Positions 10,096-17,774 of a DNA stretch of 38,841 nt are shown piece by piece. The stretch is from assembly GCA_943326315.2 (NCBI GenBank), contig CALPSU020000001.1:1-38841 (forward strand), given 5' to 3'. The DNA is from Chryseobacterium gleum. Its GTDB lineage: Bacteria > Bacteroidota > Bacteroidia > Flavobacteriales_D > Crocinitomicaceae. Below the pieces are notes generated by a model. That model made no database searches, was not told where the DNA came from, and worked only from the letters and a program-made list of their open reading frames with translations. Within the stretch, counting starts at the first letter, position 1; each line of letters starts with the position of its first letter. Made by a program: the position numbers and the translations under genes.

Positions 10096-11457
10096 ATGGA
10101 CGCTCTAATTGTCATTTTCTTAAGTGGTTTACTTTCTCTTTTCGTATCTTTCACGAAAAAACCGATTTTAGTTCTACTTACAGCTTCAGCAGGTTTAATC
10201 ACTGGAGCAATTTTATTGATAAGTCAATGGTACAATCCATATACTTTGTTTGATTACAAAGGATTAGACTTTACGGATTCAGCAATTTCATTTTCTTTGG
10301 TAGCGATACTTTTCGCTTTCTTAGCAATATTAGCAGGATATAAATCTTTCAAAGAACAACCAGAGCACGTAGGTGATTTTACAGGTTTGTTTTTATTCTC
10401 TCTAGTAGGAGTAATGTGTATGGTTTCATTCACGGATATGTTTATGTTTTTCTTAGGTTTAGAAATTATGTCTATTCCAATTTATGTTTTGGCGGGTTCT
10501 GCTAAAAAAGATATAAAATCGAGTGAGGCATCGTTGAAATATTTCTTAACTGGAGCATTCGCAACAGGGATTTTATTATTTGGAATTGCTTGGATTTACG
10601 GAGCTACAGGTTCGTTTGATGTGAATACAATTTCTTCTGTAATCAATATGGAAGATTCTCATTCTTCATTGACTTACGTAGGAATACTTTTAATTCTTAG
10701 TGCTTTCTTGTTTAAAGTAGGTGCTGCCCCATTTCATTTTTGGAGTCCAGACGTTTATAGTGGTAGTCCAAGTATCGTAACTGGTTTCATGGCATCTGTT
10801 GTAAAGTTGGGTGCTTTTGGAGCTTTCTTTAAATTGTTTACAGTTTGTTTTCCTGCTTTACATGAATTTTGGGCACCAGCTATAGTTGTAATGGCAGTTT
10901 TAACAATGTTTGTAGGTAATTTATCTGCTTTAAGTCAAACGACTTTTAAACGATTATTAGCTTATTCAAGTATTACACACGTAGGATATGCATTATTGAC
11001 AATTTTAACGCAGAGTTCAGAAAGTGGATCTAATTTGTTGTTTTACTTATTTTCATACGGTTTCTCAGTAATAGCTTTAATCACTGTTGCAATGATTATC
11101 AACGATAGCGAAGATCGCTTAGAAGCTTTTAAAGGTTTAGCAAAACGAAATCCAGTTTTAGGATTTATTTCAGTATTAGCTTTATTATCATTAGCAGGAG
11201 TTCCTCCATTGGTTGGTTTCTTCGGGAAATACTTAGTTTTCTCTTCGGCAATCTCAGAATATCCAACATTAGTAATTATTGCAATAGTAAATTCAGGAAT
11301 TGGAATTTACTATTACTTAAAAACAGTTATAACAATAGTTTCAAAAGAAGAATTAGAAGTACAAGAAAAGTTATCTGTGACTGGTATTCAATGGTTCGTA
11401 TTAGCAGTTTGTGCTTTAGGATTATTGTTTGGAGGTAGTTTCGCTTCTTGTATTTGA
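10096..11457 (+). CDS. nuoN: NADH-quinone oxidoreductase subunit N
   Basis: 453-aa antiporter-like subunit (FKVGAAPFHFWSPDVY...), last gene of the operon. Starts 1 nt after the nuoM stop. Confidence 0.9.
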   Translation: MDALIVIFLSGLLSLFVSFTKKPILVLLTASAGLITGAILLISQWYNPYTLFDYKGLDFTDSAISFSLVAILFAFLAILAGYKSFKEQPEHVGDFTGLFLFSLVGVMCMVSFTDMFMFFLGLEIMSIPIYVLAGSAKKDIKSSEASLKYFLTGAFATGILLFGIAWIYGATGSFDVNTISSVINMEDSHSSLTYVGILLILSAFLFKVGAAPFHFWSPDVYSGSPSIVTGFMASVVKLGAFGAFFKLFTVCFPALHEFWAPAIVVMAVLTMFVGNLSALSQTTFKRLLAYSSITHVGYALLTILTQSSESGSNLLFYLFSYGFSVIALITVAMIINDSEDRLEAFKGLAKRNPVLGFISVLALLSLAGVPPLVGFFGKYLVFSSAISEYPTLVIIAIVNSGIGIYYYLKTVITIVSKEELEVQEKLSVTGIQWFVLAVCALGLLFGGSFASCI

Positions 11458-11482
11458 TGTAAATCTTAAACATAAAATGCTT

Positions 11483-11522
11483 AAAAGCAGTATAGAGTGG
11501 TGACATTTTATACTGCTTTTTT
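11483..11522 (+). terminator. Rho-independent terminator of the nuo operon
   Basis: A 9-bp perfect stem, AGCAGTATA (11486-11494) paired with TATACTGCT (11509-11517), has a 14-nt loop. It is flanked by AAA upstream and followed by a TTTTTT run. Confidence 0.75.
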
Positions 11523-11530
11523 GTTTTTAA

Positions 11531-11589
11531 CTGAAGCAATTAACGTTAATTACTTCAGTATACTCAAGTAATTAACATTAATTGCTTGA
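11531..11589. repeat. Two tandem imperfect palindromes sharing the core AAGyAATTAACrTTAATTrCTT
   Basis: Unit 1 (11531-11558, CTGAAGCAATTAACGTTAATTACTTCAG) pairs 13 of 14 positions. Unit 2 (11564-11589, TCAAGTAATTAACATTAATTGCTTGA) pairs 11 of 13. Their centres are 32 bp apart. Confidence 0.7.
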
Positions 11590-11628
11590 ATTGATTATTT
11601 ATACTAACTTGGATTAAAATTTATTAAA

Positions 11629-12348
11629 ATGAAACCTAACAAAATCTTATCTCTAATACTGACAATCTTTATATTCCATCTTTCTGCTCAAAAGAATACT
11701 GTAAACTCCTATGAAGAGAAATGGGTTGCTCTAAAACCAAGTAAAAATAACAAGGCTTTTTTTCCTTTATACAATAAGAAAAATCCAGAATTAGATTTGC
11801 TTCGAGTAATCAGTGATTTAACTTTAAAAGCTGAGTCAATTACCATTTATACGGAAGAATCTTTTATGTCAGATGAAAAATTTTGTTCGAAGCCTGAAAT
11901 GAAAGAAATTGAAGTAGATACAAATGAATTGAAAAAATCTAATGATTATTTAGAAATTCATTTCCCAAATATTATACCATTAGCAAATATATATGGATTA
12001 GATAGTACTGCTTTTATCGATGGAGCTGAATTAATTGTTTTCCCAAGAAGTGCTAAATTACAGATTCGTTTATCTGAAATCACTGAAATTAGAATTCACG
12101 AAGCACGGTTTTATGATAGCATTACAAAATCATACGATTTGAGAGCTGATGGAATTTGTTTTTACATTGAATCAGAACTAAATGGAGAAAGAGAGATTTT
12201 CTGGATTCGTTTAAATGATTTATATTTATATCTTCTCAATCCTATAAGATACCCTTGGTACAATGCGATAGTAAACAAAAAATACGAAGGAAATACATAC
12301 AAGTATCGTCTTGTTGGTAATAAAGAAATTAAGGAGATTAAAAAATAA
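11629..12348 (+). CDS. Hypothetical exported protein (possible distant GldN/PorN-like fold, unverified)
   Basis: 239 aa with an N-terminal signal-like segment (MKPNKILSLILTIFIFHLSAQ). The C-terminal ...RFYDS...DLRADGICFY...REIFWIRLNDLYLYL resembles by eye the FDk...RIiGi.P...lFWiyy.elR signature of GldN-family proteins. No search was possible. Confidence 0.5.
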   Translation: MKPNKILSLILTIFIFHLSAQKNTVNSYEEKWVALKPSKNNKAFFPLYNKKNPELDLLRVISDLTLKAESITIYTEESFMSDEKFCSKPEMKEIEVDTNELKKSNDYLEIHFPNIIPLANIYGLDSTAFIDGAELIVFPRSAKLQIRLSEITEIRIHEARFYDSITKSYDLRADGICFYIESELNGEREIFWIRLNDLYLYLLNPIRYPWYNAIVNKKYEGNTYKYRLVGNKEIKEIKK

Positions 12349-12355
12349 TCAAAAA

Positions 12356-14434
12356 CTAATCTTTCAATTTCATCAACAAATATGAATATTGCAATGCTGC
12401 TAACTTTGCGCGTTGGTCATTTGTTGAAGCACCAGCATGGCCACCTTCTAAATTCTCATAATAATAAACAGGATAACCCATTTCTTCCATTCTAGCAACC
12501 ATTTTTCTTGCATGTGCAGGATGTACACGGTCGTCACGAGTTGAAGTAGTGAAAAATACTTCTGGATATTTAACTCCTTTTTTCAGGTTTTGGTATGGTG
12601 AGAATTTTTGAATGAAAGTCCATTCTTCAGGAATGTCAGGATTGCCATATTCGCCCATCCAGCTAGCACCAGCTAAAAGTTTATTAAAACGTTTCATATC
12701 TAAAAGTGGAACTGCACAAATTACAGCATTGAAAAGATCTGGACGTTGCGTAAATGCAACACCAACAAGTAAACCTCCATTGCTTCCTCCCATGATACCG
12801 AGATGTTTTGGTGAGGTTATTTTTTTAGAAATCAATTCTTCTGCGATGGCATAAAAATCGTTGTATACGTTTTGTCTTTTATCTTTTAACCCAGCTTGAT
12901 GCCATTTCGGTCCGAATTCTCCACCTCCGCGAATATTAGAAAGAACATAAACACCACCATTTTCTAGCCAAGCATTTCCTAAAGTGCCAGAATAACTTGG
13001 AGCTAAAGAAATTTCAAATCCACCATAACCATATAATAGGGTAGGGTTCAGACCATTGTATAGGACTGATTTTAAAGAAACTACAAAATATGGAATCATT
13101 GTACCATCTTTTGATTTGGCTTTGAATTGTTCTACTTTGTATTTAGTGCCATCGAAATATGCCGAAAGCGATTTGATTATTTTAAAAGTATTAGTATTCG
13201 CATCTGCAAAATATAATGAGGAAGGAGTTAAAAAGTTTTGGAAATAAAAAAAGTATTCATCCGATAATTCATCTGTTGAGCCTACATTTATTGTTCCAAA
13301 ATCAGGGGCATTAACTCTTGATTTTACCCATTTTTGGCTTTCTAACGTGTAAATGTAAAGCTCATTTTTAACATTCGTTAAAACATTGATTAATAGTTTA
13401 TTTTTTGTAGTTGTAATGTCTGAAATACTAGAGAATTCATCTGGTTCGTATACTAATTTAACATCTGTTATTCCTTTAATTAAGGATGTGAAATTTGCAC
13501 TTACAATTGAACCTTGTTTGAAAATTGTTGATCCTATTTTCCAGTCTGATTTTAAGGTGATAATTAATTGATCATTTAAGATTGTTGAAAAATCAGCATC
13601 TTCAGGTATTTTTAATTTAGTCAATTGATTATTAATCCAAATGAAATATTTATTAGTGTAAAATGTAGTTCCTTGCGAGACAATGAAATAACTTTTATCC
13701 CCGTCATACAATTTGTATCCACTAGTGCTTACATCTGAAATAACACCTTCATGAATTAATTGCGCGTCTTTTAACAATGTTCCTCTCTTCCATAATTTTA
13801 CTTGTCTTGGGTAGCCAGAGCTTGTTAGAGTTCCTTCTCCAAAATCAGAAGAAACGATTAATGTGTTTTCATCGTAGAAACTTGCTCCTCCTTTTGATTC
13901 ATCAATATAAAAACCATTTTCAATAAAGCTTTTGGTCTTCATATCAAATTCTCTTGTTACAACTGCATCACCACCACCTTTAGACAGACTTATTAGATAG
14001 CGATCATATTTTGGATATAATCCTGTTGAACCTTTGAAAACCCATTTAACACCATCCTTCTTATACATCTCATCAAGATCTAAAAGGATTTCCCAACTTG
14101 GATTTTCCGTTAAGTAAGATTCTTTCAATGTTCTTCTCCATATTCCTCTTTCGTGTATTTTATCTTGCCAAAAGTTGTACACATGAGTTCCTTCAATCGA
14201 TGGGTTAGCAATACGATCTGTTGAATTATAAATATCTAAACTTTTATCATAAATAGTTTGATAGTTTTTTTCACGACTTAATTTCTCTATTGAACTTGTA
14301 TTATATTTCGTTACAAATTCAAGAGCTTTTGTTCCATCGACATCCTCAAGCCAAATATATGGGTCTACTTCTTGCGAAAATAATCTTGGAACACTTGTCA
14401 TAATTGCTATTGATAGGAAAATGTATTTTTTCAT
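12356..14434 (-). CDS. Prolyl oligopeptidase family serine peptidase (S9), secreted
   Basis: 692 aa with a signal peptide, a long N-terminal propeller-like region and a C-terminal alpha/beta hydrolase. It carries the nucleophile motif GGSNGGLL and a GGHAG histidine region. Confidence 0.88.
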   Translation of the reverse strand: MKKYIFLSIAIMTSVPRLFSQEVDPYIWLEDVDGTKALEFVTKYNTSSIEKLSREKNYQTIYDKSLDIYNSTDRIANPSIEGTHVYNFWQDKIHERGIWRRTLKESYLTENPSWEILLDLDEMYKKDGVKWVFKGSTGLYPKYDRYLISLSKGGGDAVVTREFDMKTKSFIENGFYIDESKGGASFYDENTLIVSSDFGEGTLTSSGYPRQVKLWKRGTLLKDAQLIHEGVISDVSTSGYKLYDGDKSYFIVSQGTTFYTNKYFIWINNQLTKLKIPEDADFSTILNDQLIITLKSDWKIGSTIFKQGSIVSANFTSLIKGITDVKLVYEPDEFSSISDITTTKNKLLINVLTNVKNELYIYTLESQKWVKSRVNAPDFGTINVGSTDELSDEYFFYFQNFLTPSSLYFADANTNTFKIIKSLSAYFDGTKYKVEQFKAKSKDGTMIPYFVVSLKSVLYNGLNPTLLYGYGGFEISLAPSYSGTLGNAWLENGGVYVLSNIRGGGEFGPKWHQAGLKDKRQNVYNDFYAIAEELISKKITSPKHLGIMGGSNGGLLVGVAFTQRPDLFNAVICAVPLLDMKRFNKLLAGASWMGEYGNPDIPEEWTFIQKFSPYQNLKKGVKYPEVFFTTSTRDDRVHPAHARKMVARMEEMGYPVYYYENLEGGHAGASTNDQRAKLAALQYSYLLMKLKD

Positions 14435-14441
14435 ATAAAAA

Positions 14442-14449
14442 CAAATTTA
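14442..14449 (-). promoter_or_regulatory. Bacteroidota -7 box TAAATTTG, 7 nt upstream of the S9 peptidase ATG
   Basis: Exact TAnnTTTG match on the minus strand (plus-strand CAAATTTA). Only 7 nt separate it from the start codon at 14434. Confidence 0.3.
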
Positions 14450-14520
14450 GTTTTTTAATTGAAATTTAAGCTTCTATTGAATGCGTGATTTTTTTAATCT
14501 TTAAAACAAAATAAGTAATT

Positions 14521-15543
14521 TTAGTTACTTACCGCATTTTTCACTAATGGGATAACTTTTGTCCCAATTAATTCAATGGATTTACAAAGTTGTGCATGGG
14601 TTAAGCCAGCATCCATTTGAAATGTAAACCTATCTATTCCACCGAGAGCTTTACTATGTCTGAGAATTTTTTCAGCAACCTCTTCCGGATTTCCAACAAC
14701 TAATGCACCTAAATAACCATTTTGAGCATCAAATCGATCTTTTGTAACAGGGGGGAAGCCACGCTCTTTTCCTATTCTTGTAAACATTTCTTTATAACCA
14801 GGGTAGTATTCTGCAATTGCTTCAGACGAAGTATTGGCTACAAATCCAAGTGAATGAAGACCTACTTTTAATTCATCTGGAGAAAAACCAGCCTTTTCAC
14901 CTGCTTGTCTATATAAATCGATAAGTGGTTTGAAACGATGCGTTTCTCCTCCAATAACTGCAACCATAAGCGGTAGTCCCAGTTTTCCGGCACGAGTAAA
15001 AGATGCAGGTGTTCCACCAACACCAAGCCAAATGGGAAGTTTGCTTTGTAATGGACGAGGGTATATCGGTTGATTAGAAAGTGAAGGGCGAAATTTTCCT
15101 GACCAATTCACAAATTCATTGTCACGAATGTTTAATAAAAGATCTAATTTTTCTGAAAAAAGTTCGTCGTAATCGTGTAAGTTTAATCCAAATAGTGGGA
15201 ACGATTCAGTAAAAGAACCACGTCCTACAACTATCTCAGCTCTGCCTTTTGAAATCAAATCTAAAGTTGAAAAATTTTGAAAAACACGAACAGGATCTGC
15301 TGAACTTAGAACTGAAACAGCACTTGTTAAAATGATTTTTTCTGTTCGAGATGCTGCTGCTGCAAGTATAATTGCTGGAGCTGAATCTAAAAATTCTTTT
15401 CTATAATGTTCACCTATTCCAAAAACATCTAAACCAACTTGATCCGCTAATTCAATTCTATCGATTAATTCGCCTAATGCTTGTGAATTGCTTATCCCTA
15501 AATTAGTTGGAGCTGCTGCAAAACTATCTATTCCAATTTCCAT
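14521..15543 (-). CDS. LLM-class (luciferase-like) flavin-dependent oxidoreductase
   Basis: 340 aa with MEIGIDSF...FGIGEHY... and TIM-barrel LLM family features throughout. Confidence 0.8.
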   Translation of the reverse strand: MEIGIDSFAAAPTNLGISNSQALGELIDRIELADQVGLDVFGIGEHYRKEFLDSAPAIILAAAASRTEKIILTSAVSVLSSADPVRVFQNFSTLDLISKGRAEIVVGRGSFTESFPLFGLNLHDYDELFSEKLDLLLNIRDNEFVNWSGKFRPSLSNQPIYPRPLQSKLPIWLGVGGTPASFTRAGKLGLPLMVAVIGGETHRFKPLIDLYRQAGEKAGFSPDELKVGLHSLGFVANTSSEAIAEYYPGYKEMFTRIGKERGFPPVTKDRFDAQNGYLGALVVGNPEEVAEKILRHSKALGGIDRFTFQMDAGLTHAQLCKSIELIGTKVIPLVKNAVSN

Positions 15544-16006
15544 GTTTTATTTAAAAGTTTATTTCCAAAATAATTTTGGTATTCTAAGATTTTTTCTTGT
15601 TTTACTAATTCCTATGAAATATCAAGTATTCATAATTCAACGATTTACTTAGTTAAATCTTTATTAATAATACAAAGCTGTAAATTAAAATAAGCAATCC
15701 ATTAATCTATATTAAGATTAAATGAAAATGATTTTATTTATTTTGCACTCTTTTTATTATCGATTGAAAAACTCCTTAACAATCCAGATTCAACTTTATA
15801 TATTTTAGCATTTAAATCTCCTTTAAGCTGAATGATTGTACTTTTTTTAATTCAATTTTTTTCATTAGATTACTTTGAAAATTTTGACCTACTAAAGCAA
15901 ACTTTATTCTAAGTCTAATAATTAAAGAAATTAAAATAAATGTGGAGTATTGAATTAATTTTAGAATTGTACAAGATTTTATCTTGGGAGGAGGTTGAAA
16001 GAATTC

Positions 16007-16053
16007 AAAAAAAACATTACTGATTAATACTGAAATCAATATTAATCAGTAAT
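16007..16053 (-). terminator. Rho-independent terminator of the CDGSH gene
   Basis: A perfect 14-bp stem, ATTACTGATTAATA (16016-16029) paired with TATTAATCAGTAAT (16040-16053), has a 10-nt loop. The plus-strand A8 run (16007-14) gives a U-tract on the minus strand. It begins 11 nt after the stop codon. Confidence 0.75.
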
Positions 16054-16063
16054 ATAAAATTAG

Positions 16064-16303
16064 TTAAAGTTTATTGTGTGATCCATCGCAAAAACCAGGG
16101 TTAGCTGTGTGTTTGCAGTTGCATAAATAAGCTGTTTTAGTTTCTTCTGCTTCAAAAACTTTAGGAACAAATTCAGATCCCTTATGTGAACCATCGCAAA
16201 ATGGTTGATTGGCAGATTTTCCACATGAACACCAAGCATACGTTTTACCTGCTTCTAATTCAACAGCTATCGGTGTTTTTCCTGCAATAATTGGTTTTTC
16301 CAT
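16064..16303 (-). CDS. CDGSH iron-sulfur domain protein (two CDGSH motifs)
   Basis: Contains CSCGKSANQPFCDGSH and CNCKHTANPGFCDGSH. I place the start at the internal ATG at 16303 (MEKPIIAG...) because a -7 box lies inside the longer ORF that would start at 16342. Confidence 0.85.
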   Translation of the reverse strand: MEKPIIAGKTPIAVELEAGKTYAWCSCGKSANQPFCDGSHKGSEFVPKVFEAEETKTAYLCNCKHTANPGFCDGSHNKL

Positions 16304-16330
16304 CTTTTTATATTTTAACTTTTTAAAATC

Positions 16331-16338
16331 CAAATGTA
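16331..16338 (-). promoter_or_regulatory. -7 box TACATTTG for the CDGSH gene
   Basis: Exact TAnnTTTG match on the minus strand, 27 nt upstream of the ATG at 16303. Confidence 0.4.
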
Positions 16339-16433
16339 CCATATAAAAAAAGGTTTTGCGTTAATATATAAAGAAATGAAGTAATTATTTTTCTTTGATG
16401 AGCGCAATCATATTTTGAAATTATTAGGATCAA

Positions 16434-16441
16434 TATTTTTG
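16434..16441 (+). promoter_or_regulatory. -7 box TATTTTTG upstream of a 47-codon ORF and bamD
   Basis: Exact TAnnTTTG match, 14 nt upstream of the ATG at 16456. Confidence 0.3.
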
Positions 16442-16455
16442 AAAAAAAATTATAA

Positions 16456-16599
16456 ATGAAAAGTATTCAGATTCTAAAATTTACAAGTGAATATTCAGAT
16501 TCAAGGCTGAAAACTTTTTTAATAGGCGATTTATTGATTAAGGCATTTAAGACTTCAGGACAAGATTTTGTAAATGATTTGAAAAAAAGCACCTCTTAA
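16456..16599 (+). CDS. Possible small ORF (47 aa), function unknown
   Basis: Runs ATG to TAA and encodes MKSIQILKFTSEYSDSRLKTFLIGDLLIKAFKTSGQDFVNDLKKSTS. It falls below the ORF-track size cutoff and shows no recognisable family. Confidence 0.25.
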   Translation: MKSIQILKFTSEYSDSRLKTFLIGDLLIKAFKTSGQDFVNDLKKSTS

Positions 16600-16611
16600 C
16601 ACGATTTTATT

Positions 16612-16619
16612 TACCTTTG
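16612..16619 (+). promoter_or_regulatory. -7 box TACCTTTG, 6 nt upstream of the bamD ATG
   Basis: Exact TAnnTTTG match. The ATG at 16626 follows after 6 nt. Confidence 0.35.
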
Positions 16620-16625
16620 ACCCTA

Positions 16626-17432
16626 ATGAAAATAAGAATTATATATATAATACTTTCGGCATTTTTAGTTTTGACAAGTTGTTCAGGATATAATAGTGTT
16701 GTAAAAGGTGATAATTATGAGCGAAAGTTTGAGGTTGCCGGCGAACTTTATGAAAAAAAACAATACATGCGTTCGGTTACATTGTATGAACAAATTTATC
16801 AGCGTGTACCTAAAACTGGAGAAGGTGAGTTAGCTTATTACAGAATTGGGAAAGCATATTATGCAGAGAAAGATTATCATATGGGGGGTTATTATTTAGG
16901 CTCTTTTTACCAACGTTTTCCATTTAGTCCCAAAGCTGAAGAAACATTGTTCTTATCTGCAATTTGTGCGGTTAATAACTCACCGGAATTTTCTTTGGAT
17001 CAGAACGATACTGAATTAGCTATAAATGATTTACAGCAATTTATTAATAAATATCCGAACTCAGATTTAGTCGATTCATGTAATAATGTAATGGATCGAT
17101 TACGTTTTAAATTAGAAACTAAAGATTATAATGTGGTGAAATTATATTCTAAAACAGAAAATTATAAAGCTGCAATTACTACATCAAAAACATTTATGGA
17201 TGATTATCCAGGATCAATTTTTAAAGAAGAAGTAGGTTTTATTTTTGTTAATAATTCTTTCATTTTAACAAAAAACAGTATTGAAGAGAAAAAAAAGCAA
17301 AGAATAGAGGAAACTTTAGAAAGATATCGTAATTTTGTAATTGAATTCCCAAATTCCAAATATAAGAGAGAGGTTAACTCTATAAGCGATTTGATGGAAA
17401 AGGCACTTCAAGAAGTTAATTCTAAAAAATAA
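16626..17432 (+). CDS. bamD: Outer membrane protein assembly factor BamD (lipoprotein, TPR-like)
   Basis: Lipoprotein signal MKIRIIYIILSAFLVLTSC, TPR-like repeats and conserved position upstream of rpoZ and coaBC. The ATG at 16626 is preferred over the track's TTG at 16617. Confidence 0.8.
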   Translation: MKIRIIYIILSAFLVLTSCSGYNSVVKGDNYERKFEVAGELYEKKQYMRSVTLYEQIYQRVPKTGEGELAYYRIGKAYYAEKDYHMGGYYLGSFYQRFPFSPKAEETLFLSAICAVNNSPEFSLDQNDTELAINDLQQFINKYPNSDLVDSCNNVMDRLRFKLETKDYNVVKLYSKTENYKAAITTSKTFMDDYPGSIFKEEVGFIFVNNSFILTKNSIEEKKKQRIEETLERYRNFVIEFPNSKYKREVNSISDLMEKALQEVNSKK

Positions 17433-17438
17433 ACAAGA

Positions 17439-17765
17439 ATGAATTTTAAAAACAGCACTGCAGAACGTTCTACTATTACTAGAGATACTGTTCATATTGA
17501 AAAAGTAACAGGAAACATCTATGAATCTATCGTAGCAATGTCAAGACGTTCTAATCAAATCAGCACAGAGTTGAAAGAAGAGTTGACACAAAAATTGCAA
17601 GAATTTGCATCTTCGACTGATAATTTAGAAGAAATTTTTGAAAATAGAGAACAAATAGAAATCTCTAAATTCTACGAAAAACTTCCGAAACCTGTTTCTA
17701 TGGCTATTGATCAGTTATTGAATGATGAAATTTATGTTCGTCACCCAGAAGTAATTCAAAAATAA
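17439..17765 (+). CDS. rpoZ: DNA-directed RNA polymerase subunit omega (Bacteroidota long form)
   Basis: 108 aa. The ...NIYESIVAMSRRSNQISTELKEEL... core resembles the omega helix. Position is conserved between bamD and coaBC. Confidence 0.65.
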   Translation: MNFKNSTAERSTITRDTVHIEKVTGNIYESIVAMSRRSNQISTELKEELTQKLQEFASSTDNLEEIFENREQIEISKFYEKLPKPVSMAIDQLLNDEIYVRHPEVIQK

Positions 17766-17774
17766 AACAAAAAA

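Noticed and set aside
15702-15721. Small hairpin TTAATCT-ATATTA-AGATTAA in the long gap.
   Set aside because: It is a 7-bp all-weak stem containing a single G-C pair, which is expected by chance in DNA this AT-rich. No adjacent U-tract or gene end is present.
15812-16039. 75-aa minus-strand ORF in the long intergenic gap.
   Set aside because: It runs through the CDGSH terminator hairpin, has a low-complexity hydrophobic/basic composition, no promoter box and no recognisable motif.
16304-16342. Longer version of the CDGSH ORF starting at 16342.
   Set aside because: A TAnnTTTG box (16331-38, minus strand) lies inside the extension. The internal ATG at 16303 gives a typical ~79-aa two-motif CDGSH protein.
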